A stretch of DNA of 64,000 nucleotides from Marispirochaeta sp. (lineage in GTDB: Bacteria > Spirochaetota > Spirochaetia > JC444 > Marispirochaetaceae). This document shows positions 1-9,370 of this stretch, one piece after another (the stretch's first letter is position 1; each line of letters starts with the position of its first letter). The stretch is taken from NCBI GenBank assembly GCA_963676835.2, contig CAXXFF010000002.1, forward strand, positions 1,152,001-1,216,000. Direction: 5' to 3'. The position numbers were made by a program, and so were the translations under genes. The notes below the pieces were generated by a model. That model ran no database searches. It saw only the letters and a program-made list of their open reading frames with translations, and was not told the origin of the DNA.

Positions 1-1185
1 AAGGGTGAGGTTACCAGTACCCTCTTAGGTATTATTGCCCTGGACGATATCCTTGCCCTTTTTCTCTTTACCATTCTTGCCAGTGTTCTCTCTCCGCTTC
101 TCGGCTTCGGCGGCGGCAATATTCTGCTTACCCTTTTTCATCCTGTTTATGAAACCCTCGGTGCAGTGCTCCTCGGGATGCTTGCCGGAAATGTTCTTAT
201 CTGGCTTTTGAAAAAGTATACCGAAGAAGAGCGGATATTTGTTTTCGCCATGGGAGCTATCTTTCTGGTTCTGGGATTCTCCCGCTTTCTGGAAGTGGAT
301 ATGCTCATGACCGCCATGATTATGGGGGCGGTTTTTGTAAACAAGGCACCCCGGAAGAGTAAGGTTGTTTTCGGTCTGATTGACCGCTTTTCAACTCCCA
401 TCTATGTGCTCTTTTTTGTCTTTGTCGGTGCAACCCTCAAATTCAGTGCCCTCTCGCTTTCGGTCGCACTGCTGATTGCGGTATTTATTATTGCCCGGTT
501 TATGGGAAAGCTTGTAGGAATCAAGGCCGGCAGCCGCCTTGCGGGGGCGTCGCAGAGTATCAGTAAGTATCTGCCCTTCTGTCTGATGAGCCAATCCGGT
601 GTTGCTGTAGGTCTTTCGATTATTGCCGCACAGAAGTTTCCCGGCGTTGTGGGGGAAACCATCCTCATGGTGGTTACCACTTCCACCTTTATTGTTCAGC
701 TCCTCGGGCCAGCCATGATAAAGTTCGCCATTCAGAAAGCCGGCGAAGCCGGCAGGAATGTAACCGAGGAAAACCTCAAGGAACAGTTCCACCTGTCGGA
801 TGTGTTAGGTGAGGAAAACCAGTTTGTTAAGGAAGGGACTCCCATTCAGCAGGTAATCCATCAGTTTGCTTCAGGTCGTTCCAATGAAATCGGAGTAGTT
901 AATGCCAGTGGGTTGCTTACCGGTGTTATTACCTTTGAAAACCTTAAAGGAATTCTGGCTGCACCGGAGATCAACTTCTTTCTTCTTGCGGTGGATGTAA
1001 TGAGTCCCGTCCCGCTTTCTGCTTCCCAGGAGATAAATCTCCGTGAGGCGGAAAGGCTTATGCGTCAGAGCGGTGTCGACTATGTGGCTGTTATTGGTGA
1101 AGGAGCCGAGACCCGCGGCATGGTTGAGCAGCGCATGATCGACGCCTTCGCCCGGCGCAAGTACCTGGAGCTGCAGGAAGCCTGA
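1..1185 (+). CDS. Cation:proton antiporter (CPA2-like) with C-terminal CBS pair; 5'-truncated by window edge
   Basis: Frame is open from base 1 (KGEVTSTLLGIIALDDIL); many TM segments; 'QSGVAVGL' motif; soluble C-terminal CBS-like repeats. Confidence 0.85.
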   Translation, partial: KGEVTSTLLGIIALDDILALFLFTILASVLSPLLGFGGGNILLTLFHPVYETLGAVLLGMLAGNVLIWLLKKYTEEERIFVFAMGAIFLVLGFSRFLEVDMLMTAMIMGAVFVNKAPRKSKVVFGLIDRFSTPIYVLFFVFVGATLKFSALSLSVALLIAVFIIARFMGKLVGIKAGSRLAGASQSISKYLPFCLMSQSGVAVGLSIIAAQKFPGVVGETILMVVTTSTFIVQLLGPAMIKFAIQKAGEAGRNVTEENLKEQFHLSDVLGEENQFVKEGTPIQQVIHQFASGRSNEIGVVNASGLLTGVITFENLKGILAAPEINFFLLAVDVMSPVPLSASQEINLREAERLMRQSGVDYVAVIGEGAETRGMVEQRMIDAFARRKYLELQEA

Positions 1186-1206
1186 ATTCAGCTCACCTCA
1201 AATAGA

Positions 1207-2118
1207 TCAGGAAAAAAGCGGTGCTGCTATTCCGATGATCAATGCCGCGGCATAGGCGAAGCTGAAGGTTATAAATATTTTCGAGATACTTCCCATGGAG
1301 GGGCCTTTGGTTTCGTGGGAGAAGCCTCTACTGTACATCCCGCGCAATGTCGGAATGATAATAAAAAGTGACAGCCCCAGGGGAATAACACCCGGAAGAG
1401 GTAAAATGCCCCTCTGTCCAAGTCCTGCTGCAAGCAGCAGTCCGAGGCTTATATAAAGAGTCATTACCCAGGGGGCACGCTTTGATCCCAGCAGAATAGC
1501 CAGGGTTCTTCTGCCCGCCCGTTTATCCCCTTCTATGTCGCAGGCATTATTGGCAGCAAGAATTGCGGCGATCATCATCGAGGGAGGAAGGGATACCAGG
1601 AATCCTTTCAGGCTGATATCACCGCTCAGGATATAAACGGTAATCAGAAAGAAGACACTTCCCAGAAAGCCTCCAGCGAAGAGCTCCCCCAGGGGTGTCC
1701 GGCTTATGGGGTAGGGGCCTCCGGTGTAGAAGAATCCCACCGCCATGCAGACTGCTCCTGCAGCAGCAACTTCCCAGCCTGCAAGCCACGCAATTATTCC
1801 TCCGAGAATTACCGCGGCGGCATAACAGCCTGCGGCGGCTATGAACGCCTTCTCCGGCGGTACATTCTCATGCACCAGTACCTTGGCGGTTTCCTGATTT
1901 TCCTGTTTATGGTCAACAGCATTAAGAAAATCGAAGAAGGTGTTGAAAGCAGTAGTCCCCATATCTACCGCCAGGGCAGCTGCAAAGGTAAGCAGCGCAA
2001 GGTACCAGGGAACTGTTCCGTATTCGCCCAGGGCATAGAGCAGGGCAAGAAAAAACGTGGAAATACTGACAATCTTTGTGCGAATTTCCACAATGGCAAA
2101 GAACTGGCTTATGGTCAT
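1207..2118 (-). CDS. menA: UbiA/MenA-family prenyltransferase
   Basis: Motifs NTFFDF..AVD, FYTGGPYPIS, NNACDIEGDKRAGRRTLA. Confidence 0.8.
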   Translation of the reverse strand: MTISQFFAIVEIRTKIVSISTFFLALLYALGEYGTVPWYLALLTFAAALAVDMGTTAFNTFFDFLNAVDHKQENQETAKVLVHENVPPEKAFIAAAGCYAAAVILGGIIAWLAGWEVAAAGAVCMAVGFFYTGGPYPISRTPLGELFAGGFLGSVFFLITVYILSGDISLKGFLVSLPPSMMIAAILAANNACDIEGDKRAGRRTLAILLGSKRAPWVMTLYISLGLLLAAGLGQRGILPLPGVIPLGLSLFIIIPTLRGMYSRGFSHETKGPSMGSISKIFITFSFAYAAALIIGIAAPLFS

Positions 2119-2183
2119 GGCTTAATACTACAACAGCAGGTAATTACTTGTATATGCGGCTCCTTAGGTCTAATCTGACAGAT

Positions 2184-3365
2184 ATGGATGCACTGAATTT
2201 TGACTATGCACAGATTCCTTCACCGGCCTATGTGCTGGATGAAAGCCTTCTCCGCGGCAATCTGCAGACTATTTCCGCTGTGGCGGAACAGGCCGGGGTA
2301 AGGATTATCCCGGCTCTGAAGGGCTTTTCATTCTGGCGGGTTTTTCCTCTTGTTGCTGAATACGTAAGTGCTGCGGCAGCCAGTTCTCTCAACGAGGCCC
2401 GGCTTATCAGGGAAAATATGAATCTCCATGCACACACCTACGCGCCGGTTTTCCGCGGGGAAGATTTCAGCGAAGTTCTGAACTGTTCTTCTCATATAAC
2501 CTTCAACTCCTTCTCTCAGGTTCGGCGCTTCCTGCCGCAAATAGCTGATTTTAATGGTCAGCAGGAGCGCCGGGTCTCCTGGGGTATCCGGGTTAATCCG
2601 GGGTTTTCTCCGGTGGAGACGGATCTCTATAACCCCGCCTCGTCAATAAGCCGTCTGGGGATGCAGCGGGATGAGGTTGACCGTCTGCTCAAAGACCTGG
2701 TTCCCGAAGGGCTGCATGTGCATGCACTGTGTGAATCGACAGCTGCAGATACGGCCGAACTGATAGGGCATGTCCGGGAAAAGTGGGGTGATCTGCTGTC
2801 CCGGGTTTCCTGGCTTAACCTTGGCGGGGGGCATCTTCTTACCCGTAAAGGCTACGATCATAATCTGCTTATTGCTTCTCTGAGAGAGTTGGGGGAGGCA
2901 TACCCGAACCTGCAGATTTATCTGGAGCCGGGCAGCGCCTTCGCCTGGGAGACCGGTGTGCTCCGGGCCTCCGTTGAGGATGTAGTCTGCCGGGGCGGTG
3001 TGAATACTGCTATTGTGGATGTCTCCTTTACCGCCCATATGCCGGACTGCCTGGAAATGCCTTATCAGCCCCGTATCCGGGGGGCACAGATTGCTGCGGG
3101 AGGGATCGGCCCGGCAGATTCCGGCTGGCGTTGCCGTATCGGCGGTAACAGCTGCCTTGCCGGGGATGTTATGGGAGACTGGTTATTTCCGGATCCTCTG
3201 CAGGTCGGGGACACAATTGTATTTGAAGATATGATCCACTACACCATGGTAAAAACAACCATGTTCAACGGCGTTCATCACCCGGACATCGGTATAATTG
3301 ACGAAGTTGGAAAGTATCGGGTTCTCCGCAGTTTTTCCTATTCCGATTACCGGGACCGGCTGTAG
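2184..3365 (+). CDS. nspC: Carboxynorspermidine decarboxylase
   Basis: PSPAYVLDE, ALKGFS (PLP Lys), LNLGGGH, LEPG, HMPDCLEMPY, CLAGD, HYTMVKTTMFNG; start moved to ATG 2184 from promoter geometry. Confidence 0.92.
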   Translation: MDALNFDYAQIPSPAYVLDESLLRGNLQTISAVAEQAGVRIIPALKGFSFWRVFPLVAEYVSAAAASSLNEARLIRENMNLHAHTYAPVFRGEDFSEVLNCSSHITFNSFSQVRRFLPQIADFNGQQERRVSWGIRVNPGFSPVETDLYNPASSISRLGMQRDEVDRLLKDLVPEGLHVHALCESTAADTAELIGHVREKWGDLLSRVSWLNLGGGHLLTRKGYDHNLLIASLRELGEAYPNLQIYLEPGSAFAWETGVLRASVEDVVCRGGVNTAIVDVSFTAHMPDCLEMPYQPRIRGAQIAAGGIGPADSGWRCRIGGNSCLAGDVMGDWLFPDPLQVGDTIVFEDMIHYTMVKTTMFNGVHHPDIGIIDEVGKYRVLRSFSYSDYRDRL

Positions 3366-4118
3366 GTGGCATCGGTTCAGCTCATAGGAATCGACTGCGC
3401 CGTCGCACATGAAAATACCGGTCTCTGCCTCTGCCGCTATGAGGATGGATTGATTCATGTTCTTGAAGGAGTGAGCGGGGCAGAACTCAGCCCTGCGGAA
3501 CATGTTGCCCGGTGGTGTACTGAAAATCCGCCCCTGGTCCTGGGGTTGGATGCTCCCCTGGGCTGGCCTTCAGCGCTTGGGGACTGCCTGAAGTCCCATG
3601 CCGCGGGAGGCTCTCTCCCGATTGCTGCCAACTCTCTATTCCGCAGGTATACCGATGATTTTACCGCTGCTGCAGCGGGCAAGCGTCCAATGGATGTCGC
3701 CGCTGACCGCATTGCCCGAACGGCAAAAGCAGCCCTTGATCTGCTTGACGACCTGAGGAGTCGAACCGGCAGAGCGCTTCCACTGGGATGGCACCCCGGG
3801 CGGATTCCCGGTGATGCTGTGCTTGAGACCTATCCTGCCGCGTGGCTCAAGGTAAACGGCCTGCGCTTCCAGGGCTACAAAAAGAAGGAGCAGCGGAAGG
3901 AACGGGAAGAGATTCTTGCCGCACTGGGATCAAGGATTATTCTGGAATGTCATGATAGTCCCTTTATTGACGATGCGGATATTCTCGATGCACTTCTCTG
4001 TACTCTGGTTTCCGCGGATTATCTTGAAAGCAACGTTTACCCCGTTCCGCCGGAAAAAGCAGAAACGGCCCGAAGGGAGGGCTGGATCTGGCTGCCGGAA
4101 AAGGCGGTTCTTGCCTGA
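3366..4118 (+). CDS. DUF429-family protein (RNase H-like fold)
   Basis: IGID, DAPLGWP, RxTD, ETYPAA, DALLC motifs; GTG start abuts nspC stop. Confidence 0.8.
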   Translation: MASVQLIGIDCAVAHENTGLCLCRYEDGLIHVLEGVSGAELSPAEHVARWCTENPPLVLGLDAPLGWPSALGDCLKSHAAGGSLPIAANSLFRRYTDDFTAAAAGKRPMDVAADRIARTAKAALDLLDDLRSRTGRALPLGWHPGRIPGDAVLETYPAAWLKVNGLRFQGYKKKEQRKEREEILAALGSRIILECHDSPFIDDADILDALLCTLVSADYLESNVYPVPPEKAETARREGWIWLPEKAVLA

Positions 4119-4168
4119 AACCCTGCAATCTGATAATCTCCGGTAAAATCTTAATTTTCTTTTATTAC

Positions 4169-4251
4169 GGCAAAGAAAAAACACGGCCCTGCAGGTAGTC
4201 CGGGCGGCCGCAATGCGGTCCAGTATCCATCGCAAGATGTCCGTCTTTGTC
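4169..4251 (+). ncRNA. yjdF (azaaromatic) riboswitch aptamer
   Basis: P1 GGCAAAGA/TCTTTGTC; core AAAAAACACGG..GGTAGTCCGG..CAGTA.CC..GATGTCC resembles the yjdF RNA motif; lies directly upstream of a YjdF-family gene. Confidence 0.85.
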
Positions 4252-4284
4252 TCGGGAGAGATGTGTCTCCGGAGGCAGGATAGT

Positions 4285-4665
4285 ATGCAGGTTGTTACAA
4301 CAGTTTTTTTTGACGGTCAATTCTGGATAGCCCTTATTAAAAAACAGGACTCTTCAGGAACCATTTTTACCGGTAAATACACCTTCGGGCCGGAACCGAC
4401 CAATCCCCGGCTGCTTCAGTTTTATCTCAATGACTATGTCCATGTTCCCTGTTATCCCGGGGCACCCCTCAAGGAGAGGTCTGTTCACTGTCTGAACAGG
4501 GGGGATTTAAAGGCGGGAGGTTCCGCTCTTGATCAGTGGAAGGTTCTCCATCAGGCGGAACTTGCCAGCAGAAAACAACACAAAAGGGAAAGACTGAAAC
4601 TTGATGAACGCCAACGATTTGCGCTGCGTCAGGAAAAGAAAAAGCGGAAAAGACGGGGCCGGTAA
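4285..4665 (+). CDS. yjdF: YjdF family (DUF2992) protein
   Basis: TVFFDGQFW, FGPEP, basic C-terminus RFALRQEKKKRKRRGR; SD GGAGG 4271-4275 before ATG 4285. Confidence 0.85.
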   Translation: MQVVTTVFFDGQFWIALIKKQDSSGTIFTGKYTFGPEPTNPRLLQFYLNDYVHVPCYPGAPLKERSVHCLNRGDLKAGGSALDQWKVLHQAELASRKQHKRERLKLDERQRFALRQEKKKRKRRGR

Positions 4666-4671
4666 AAATTC

Positions 4672-5997
4672 TCAGGCAAATCCCGCAATTAGATCCCGGT
4701 AGAAGTAGTAACTGTCTTTGGGAATACGCTTAAGTCCGTTTTCGTAGTCCGTGTAGATTATTCCGAAGCGTTTGCTGTAGCCGTGGGCCCACTCGAAGTT
4801 ATCCAGCAGGGACCAGGCGAAATAGCCTTTCAGGGGTACTCCCTCCCGGCACAGTCTGCTGCAGGCTTCCAGGTGCCCTTTCAGGTATGCGACCCGTTCC
4901 GGATCATGGCAGCGGCTGCCGTCCCTGTTGAGGGTATCGTCAAAGGCGGCACCGTTTTCGGTAATATACAGATCTATCGGCCCATAGGTGGTATGTACCC
5001 AATTAAGCTGCCGGTAGAGCCCTTCCGGAACAATTGACCAGCCCATGGCGGTTTTTCCCTGGAAAGAAGGTGCTACAGCAAAGCCTTCCGGTTCTCCTTC
5101 ACTGTGTGCAACCGCGTCCTCCCAGTAATAATTCAAACCCAGAAAATCAATGGGGGAGCTGATAACATCCATGTCACGTTCCTTTACCGGCATGCTGACT
5201 GCGGGATCAGTCTCAAGATGGCGCACAGGATAGCCTCTGCCGAAGAGCGGATCCAGGTAGATTCTGCTCTGGCCGTCAAAGCTTCTGTCTGCAGCGTCCA
5301 AATCTTCCTTATTGCGGGTTGCAGGTCGTGGTGTGCTCAGGTTAAGGGTTATACCGATTTTTCCGGGGTAGCCTCCCTGTCTGAACTCCTGTACTGTCAT
5401 GCCGTGGGCGAGATTCAGATGGTGTACCGCATTGTAGGCAAGCTGGCGATCACGTTTTCCGGGGGCATGTTCCCCGTAGAGGTAACCCAGATGGGAAGAG
5501 CACCAGGGCTCGTTTAAGGTAATCCAGCTGGAGACCCGGTCGCTGAAGCTTTTAAAGCAGAGGTTTCCGTAATCCGCAAAGCGGAGGGCGGTATCCCGTT
5601 CCGGCCATCCTCCGGCATCTTCAAGCTCCTGGGGAAGATCCCAGTGGTAGAGGGTTATTACCGGTTCTATGTTGTGATGTAAAAGAGTGTCGATAAGACG
5701 CTGGTAGTAACCGATTCCCGCCTGATTGGGGCTGCTGCTTCCGCCGGGAAGAATCCTGGGCCATGAAAGACTGAAGCGGTATGCCTGAATGCCCGCCTGG
5801 TGCATAAGCTGAATGTCTTCTTCAAAGCGGTGGTACTGGTCGCAGGCGGTGTCGCCGGTGTCTCCATTCTTTACCGCCCCCGGAGTACGGCAGAAGGTGT
5901 CCCATATGCTCATGGTTCTGCCGTCCGTGTTAAAGGCGCCTTCCACCTGGTAACTGGCGGTTGCGCATCCGAAGAGAAAATCCCTGCTGAATTCCAT
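4672..5997 (-). CDS. GH1 beta-glucosidase
   Basis: FLFGCATASYQVEGA, TLNEP (acid/base), ITENG (nucleophile), WSLLDNFEW. Confidence 0.95.
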   Translation of the reverse strand: MEFSRDFLFGCATASYQVEGAFNTDGRTMSIWDTFCRTPGAVKNGDTGDTACDQYHRFEEDIQLMHQAGIQAYRFSLSWPRILPGGSSSPNQAGIGYYQRLIDTLLHHNIEPVITLYHWDLPQELEDAGGWPERDTALRFADYGNLCFKSFSDRVSSWITLNEPWCSSHLGYLYGEHAPGKRDRQLAYNAVHHLNLAHGMTVQEFRQGGYPGKIGITLNLSTPRPATRNKEDLDAADRSFDGQSRIYLDPLFGRGYPVRHLETDPAVSMPVKERDMDVISSPIDFLGLNYYWEDAVAHSEGEPEGFAVAPSFQGKTAMGWSIVPEGLYRQLNWVHTTYGPIDLYITENGAAFDDTLNRDGSRCHDPERVAYLKGHLEACSRLCREGVPLKGYFAWSLLDNFEWAHGYSKRFGIIYTDYENGLKRIPKDSYYFYRDLIAGFA

Positions 5998-6035
5998 AAG
6001 GGCCTCCCTGGTTGGCGGGTATAGAGATCAGTATA

Positions 6036-6347
6036 TCATGAAGTGATTATATCGATGAGTCCGAAGGCGGGTTCTTCGTAGGGATGGGCATTGCGGAGGG
6101 CTTCAAGTACCTGCTGTTTCAGCTCTTTTTCCAGAACCATTTCCACTTTCAGTTCTTTTTCCCGTTCCAGGGTTCCCGGGGTACCCAGAAAAGGAGTGCT
6201 TCCTTGTTCCGGAAGAAACTGGCCGGTTCCTTCAGTCTGCCAGGCGCAGTGGCTGTAGTTGCCGATTTTTCCGGCACCGGCGGCAAAGCAGGCCTCCTTT
6301 ACTTTTTCCGCATGGTTTTCGGGAACGTAGAAATAGAGCTGATACAT
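6036..6347 (-). CDS. NIF3/YqfO-like small protein
   Basis: AGAGKIGNYSHC, HPYEEPAF motifs. Confidence 0.88.
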   Translation of the reverse strand: MYQLYFYVPENHAEKVKEACFAAGAGKIGNYSHCAWQTEGTGQFLPEQGSTPFLGTPGTLEREKELKVEMVLEKELKQQVLEALRNAHPYEEPAFGLIDIITS

Positions 6348-7699
6348 TATTCTGCCTTCCCGGAGGGCTGTTGTGAAAAGAGGCCGGCCAGAATCTCTTT
6401 CAGGCCTCGTCCTTTCTTGCCGGATTTCCCTGCGCCGATATGCGCACTGAAGCCGAGCTTTTCCGCTGAGCGGATACGCAGTTCCGGCTGGGGTACCGTG
6501 CGAACCTCTCCGGCAAGGCTTATTTCGCCGGCGGTAACGGTTTTCGGCGGTGCGGCAAGACCGGTACGGGCAGAGTAGAGGGCCACCGCCAGGGGAAGGT
6601 CGATGCCCACCTCATCCAGGCGGATTCCACCGGCGACATTTACGTAGAGATCCTGATCGGAGAAGCGCAGTCCCACATGCTTTTCCAGTACCGCTGCAAT
6701 ACGGGAAACCCGGGTTGCGTCTATTCGATCGGCGTAGGTCCGGGAGAGCCCGCTCTTGGCCGGGACTGTCAGGGCCTGAATTTCTACAAGCAGCACCCGG
6801 CTTCCTTCGTATACCGGGGCTATGGCTGTGCCCGGGGGAAGGTTTCCGTCTCTTTCCTTAAGAAAAAGGGATGCAGGATTGCTGACTCCCTGAAGGCCGC
6901 TTGCTTCCATGGAGAATATCCCCACTTCGTTTACCGGACCAAAGCGGTTCTTCATTGCCCTCAGCAGCCGGATTCCTCCTTCCGCCTCTTCAAAGTAGAG
7001 TACGGTGTCAACCATGTGTTCTATTACCTTGGGGCCGGCAATATTGCCTTCCTTGGTTACATGGGCCACCAGGAAAACAGGGGTATTGTGCTCCCTGCAC
7101 CAGTCGACTATCTCATAGCTGCCGAATTTTATCTGGTTCACCGTACCCGGCACCGGTCCTATCTCTGCTGAAATAAGGGTCTGGATGGAATCCACCACAA
7201 CCAGGGCGGGTTGCATTTTTTCAAGTTGTTTCAGAAGGGCTTCGACACCGGTCTCACAGAGAACCTTTATGCGGTCTCCATCGGCACCGATTCGCCGTGC
7301 TCTCATGGCAATCTGCTGTGCCGACTCTTCTCCGGATATATAAAGGACAGACCCGGAACACTTTACGCTTCGGGATGCCTGCAGCAGCAGGGTTGATTTG
7401 CCGATTCCCGGTTGTCCGCCAATAAGAATGGAACTGCCGGAAACTATGCCTCCGCCGAGAACCTGGTTGAGTTCCGGAATCCCGCTGTCTATGCGCTCTT
7501 CCGCTGTATCGGGGATGCCGCTCAAGGATTGGGGCTGGGCACTTTTTGCAGGGGAAGTTCCCTGCCGTCCCGGCTTTTCCGGTGCCTGGACTTCCTCGTT
7601 CATGGTGTTCCACTCGCCGCAGGAAGGGCAGCGTCCCAGCCATTTTGATTCAACTTTTCCGCAGTTTGAACAGACGAATTTAGGTGATTTTTTTTTCAT
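6347..7699 (-). CDS. radA: DNA repair protein RadA/Sms
   Basis: C4 zinc finger, Walker A GQPGIGKST, KNRFG motif, Lon-like C-terminus. Confidence 0.97.
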   Translation of the reverse strand: MKKKSPKFVCSNCGKVESKWLGRCPSCGEWNTMNEEVQAPEKPGRQGTSPAKSAQPQSLSGIPDTAEERIDSGIPELNQVLGGGIVSGSSILIGGQPGIGKSTLLLQASRSVKCSGSVLYISGEESAQQIAMRARRIGADGDRIKVLCETGVEALLKQLEKMQPALVVVDSIQTLISAEIGPVPGTVNQIKFGSYEIVDWCREHNTPVFLVAHVTKEGNIAGPKVIEHMVDTVLYFEEAEGGIRLLRAMKNRFGPVNEVGIFSMEASGLQGVSNPASLFLKERDGNLPPGTAIAPVYEGSRVLLVEIQALTVPAKSGLSRTYADRIDATRVSRIAAVLEKHVGLRFSDQDLYVNVAGGIRLDEVGIDLPLAVALYSARTGLAAPPKTVTAGEISLAGEVRTVPQPELRIRSAEKLGFSAHIGAGKSGKKGRGLKEILAGLFSQQPSGKAE

Positions 7700-8163
7700 C
7701 AGTTAGAGAAGTGGTAGCGGATACCAAGGCCTCCATCAAGATCGCCGGTGGTTTCGGGAAAAAGTGCAATGCCGGGAACGAGTTCGAGAAATAGTTCCAG
7801 CTCCGGCAGGGGATAGAACGTGACTCCAACCGGCAGCCGCAGGCCAAGCCCGATATCGCTGTCCTCTTTGGCGTCTTCTGTGAACAGCCTGAGTTTTGCG
7901 CCGCCGCCAACGTACCAGCCGAAGGGCTTGTCGATTTCGCTTTCGATTTCCGGGAGTCCCTGTCTGAGAAACAGGTAATCGCCATGGATATGAATATAAT
8001 TGCGGAAAGACCAGGCTGTACCGAGAATGTACCGGTTCTCATAGGAAAAGCTGAGACCTGTGGGTTCTCCCAGGACTATTCCTGCCCCTACATCTGCAGC
8101 GTAAAGGGAGGCTCCGACACTTAAGAGTATCAGGAAAATCAGTACAACTCCGGTCTTGCGCAT
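7699..8163 (-). CDS. Small outer-membrane beta-barrel-like protein (DUF3996-like)
   Basis: Signal peptide, GIVLGEPTGLS, RLPVG, C-terminal GGLGIRYHF; SD AAGGAG. Confidence 0.65.
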   Translation of the reverse strand: MRKTGVVLIFLILLSVGASLYAADVGAGIVLGEPTGLSFSYENRYILGTAWSFRNYIHIHGDYLFLRQGLPEIESEIDKPFGWYVGGGAKLRLFTEDAKEDSDIGLGLRLPVGVTFYPLPELELFLELVPGIALFPETTGDLDGGLGIRYHFSN

Positions 8164-8205
8164 ATTCAATCTCCTTGCATCTGTTGCTGTTCTATAGAGG
8201 AAAAA

Positions 8206-9291
8206 CTACTGAAGTTTCAGCAGTTCAACAACAAAAACAAGAAATGAGCTGGGAGGAATTACTCCGGGGTAGCCCTGTTCTCCGTATCCGAGATGAGGAG
8301 GAATAACCAGGCGGCGTTTTTCACCGATTTTCATGCCCCCGTCTGCCAGAATTCCGTCTCTCCAGCCGGGAATTACCTTGTCCAGACTGAACTCCGCCGG
8401 ATCACCGCCGAAGCTGCTCTGTATAACAGAATCGTTGAGGAGTTTGAGTTCATAATGAACGGTAACGGTAGATCCCGCTTCTGCCTGAGCGCTTCCGCTT
8501 CCCTCTTCGAGGACTTCAAAGAACACTCCCGCATCGGTGGTTTTCAGGTCCGGCCACTTTGAGGTTATCTGCTTGAGCAGACCCTTCTGTGCTTCTGCCA
8601 TCTTTTCCTTTGTCCGGCGTTCATTGTCAGCAATCATTGCCTGAAAGCTCTCCTGGGTAACGGTGAAGGCTTCTGCCTCTTTTCCGATTCGCAGGATGGT
8701 GATTGAGCTGATTCTGTCTCCGGCGGTAATGCTGTTTACCACATCCATTCCATCTACCACGTAGCCGAAAACGGAGTGGCGGTCATCAAGGTGAGGTGTT
8801 TCCTTGTGGGTAATGAAAAACTGACTGCCGTTGGTGTTTGCACCGCTGTTTGCCATGGAGAGCACCCCTTCGCGGTCGTGGCGGAGTTCGGGGTCAAACT
8901 CGTCGGGAAAGCTGTATCCCGGTCCGCCGGTTCCGGTACCCTGGGGGCATCCGCCCTGGATTACGAAATCATCTACCACCCGGTGGAAGTTCAGACCGTC
9001 ATAGTAGGGACCGTCGGTTTCGTCATTGTCGACGGTACCTTCCGCGAGGCCCACAAAGTTGGCTACCGTCATAGGAGCCCGTTTGTACTCCAGTTCGCAG
9101 TAGATGGTTCCTTTTTCCGTATTGATTTCGGCATAGACGCCGTCGGACAGTTCGGGCTGGGCATTAAGATTGCTCATAGCTATTACTCCTGAGATAAAAT
9201 AAAAAACAAATGCTGAAAGTCGAAAACGCCCGGGCAGCGATGGTCTGCTGTCCAGGCGTTTATGCATAAGCTGTGCGTGTGGTGTTGTCAT
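8206..9291 (-). CDS. Peptidyl-prolyl isomerase, cyclophilin + FKBP fusion
   Basis: FHRVVDDFVIQGG, SMANSGANTNGSQFFITH, C-terminal VIPGW..IPPHLGYG; start ambiguous (9291, 9267 or SD-led 9177). Confidence 0.92.
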   Translation of the reverse strand: MTTPHAQLMHKRLDSRPSLPGRFRLSAFVFYFISGVIAMSNLNAQPELSDGVYAEINTEKGTIYCELEYKRAPMTVANFVGLAEGTVDNDETDGPYYDGLNFHRVVDDFVIQGGCPQGTGTGGPGYSFPDEFDPELRHDREGVLSMANSGANTNGSQFFITHKETPHLDDRHSVFGYVVDGMDVVNSITAGDRISSITILRIGKEAEAFTVTQESFQAMIADNERRTKEKMAEAQKGLLKQITSKWPDLKTTDAGVFFEVLEEGSGSAQAEAGSTVTVHYELKLLNDSVIQSSFGGDPAEFSLDKVIPGWRDGILADGGMKIGEKRRLVIPPHLGYGEQGYPGVIPPSSFLVFVVELLKLQ

Positions 9292-9344
9292 GAGGGCTAA
9301 TGCTATCATGGAAGCATTGCCTCTACAAGGTCAAAAAGAAGTCC

Positions 9345-9367
9345 AAAAAAGGAGCCGGAAAACCGGC
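9345..9367 (-). terminator. Intrinsic terminator after serA
   Basis: GCCGG-TTTT-CCGGC hairpin followed by a T-run on the minus strand. Confidence 0.55.
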
Positions 9368-9370
9368 GAT

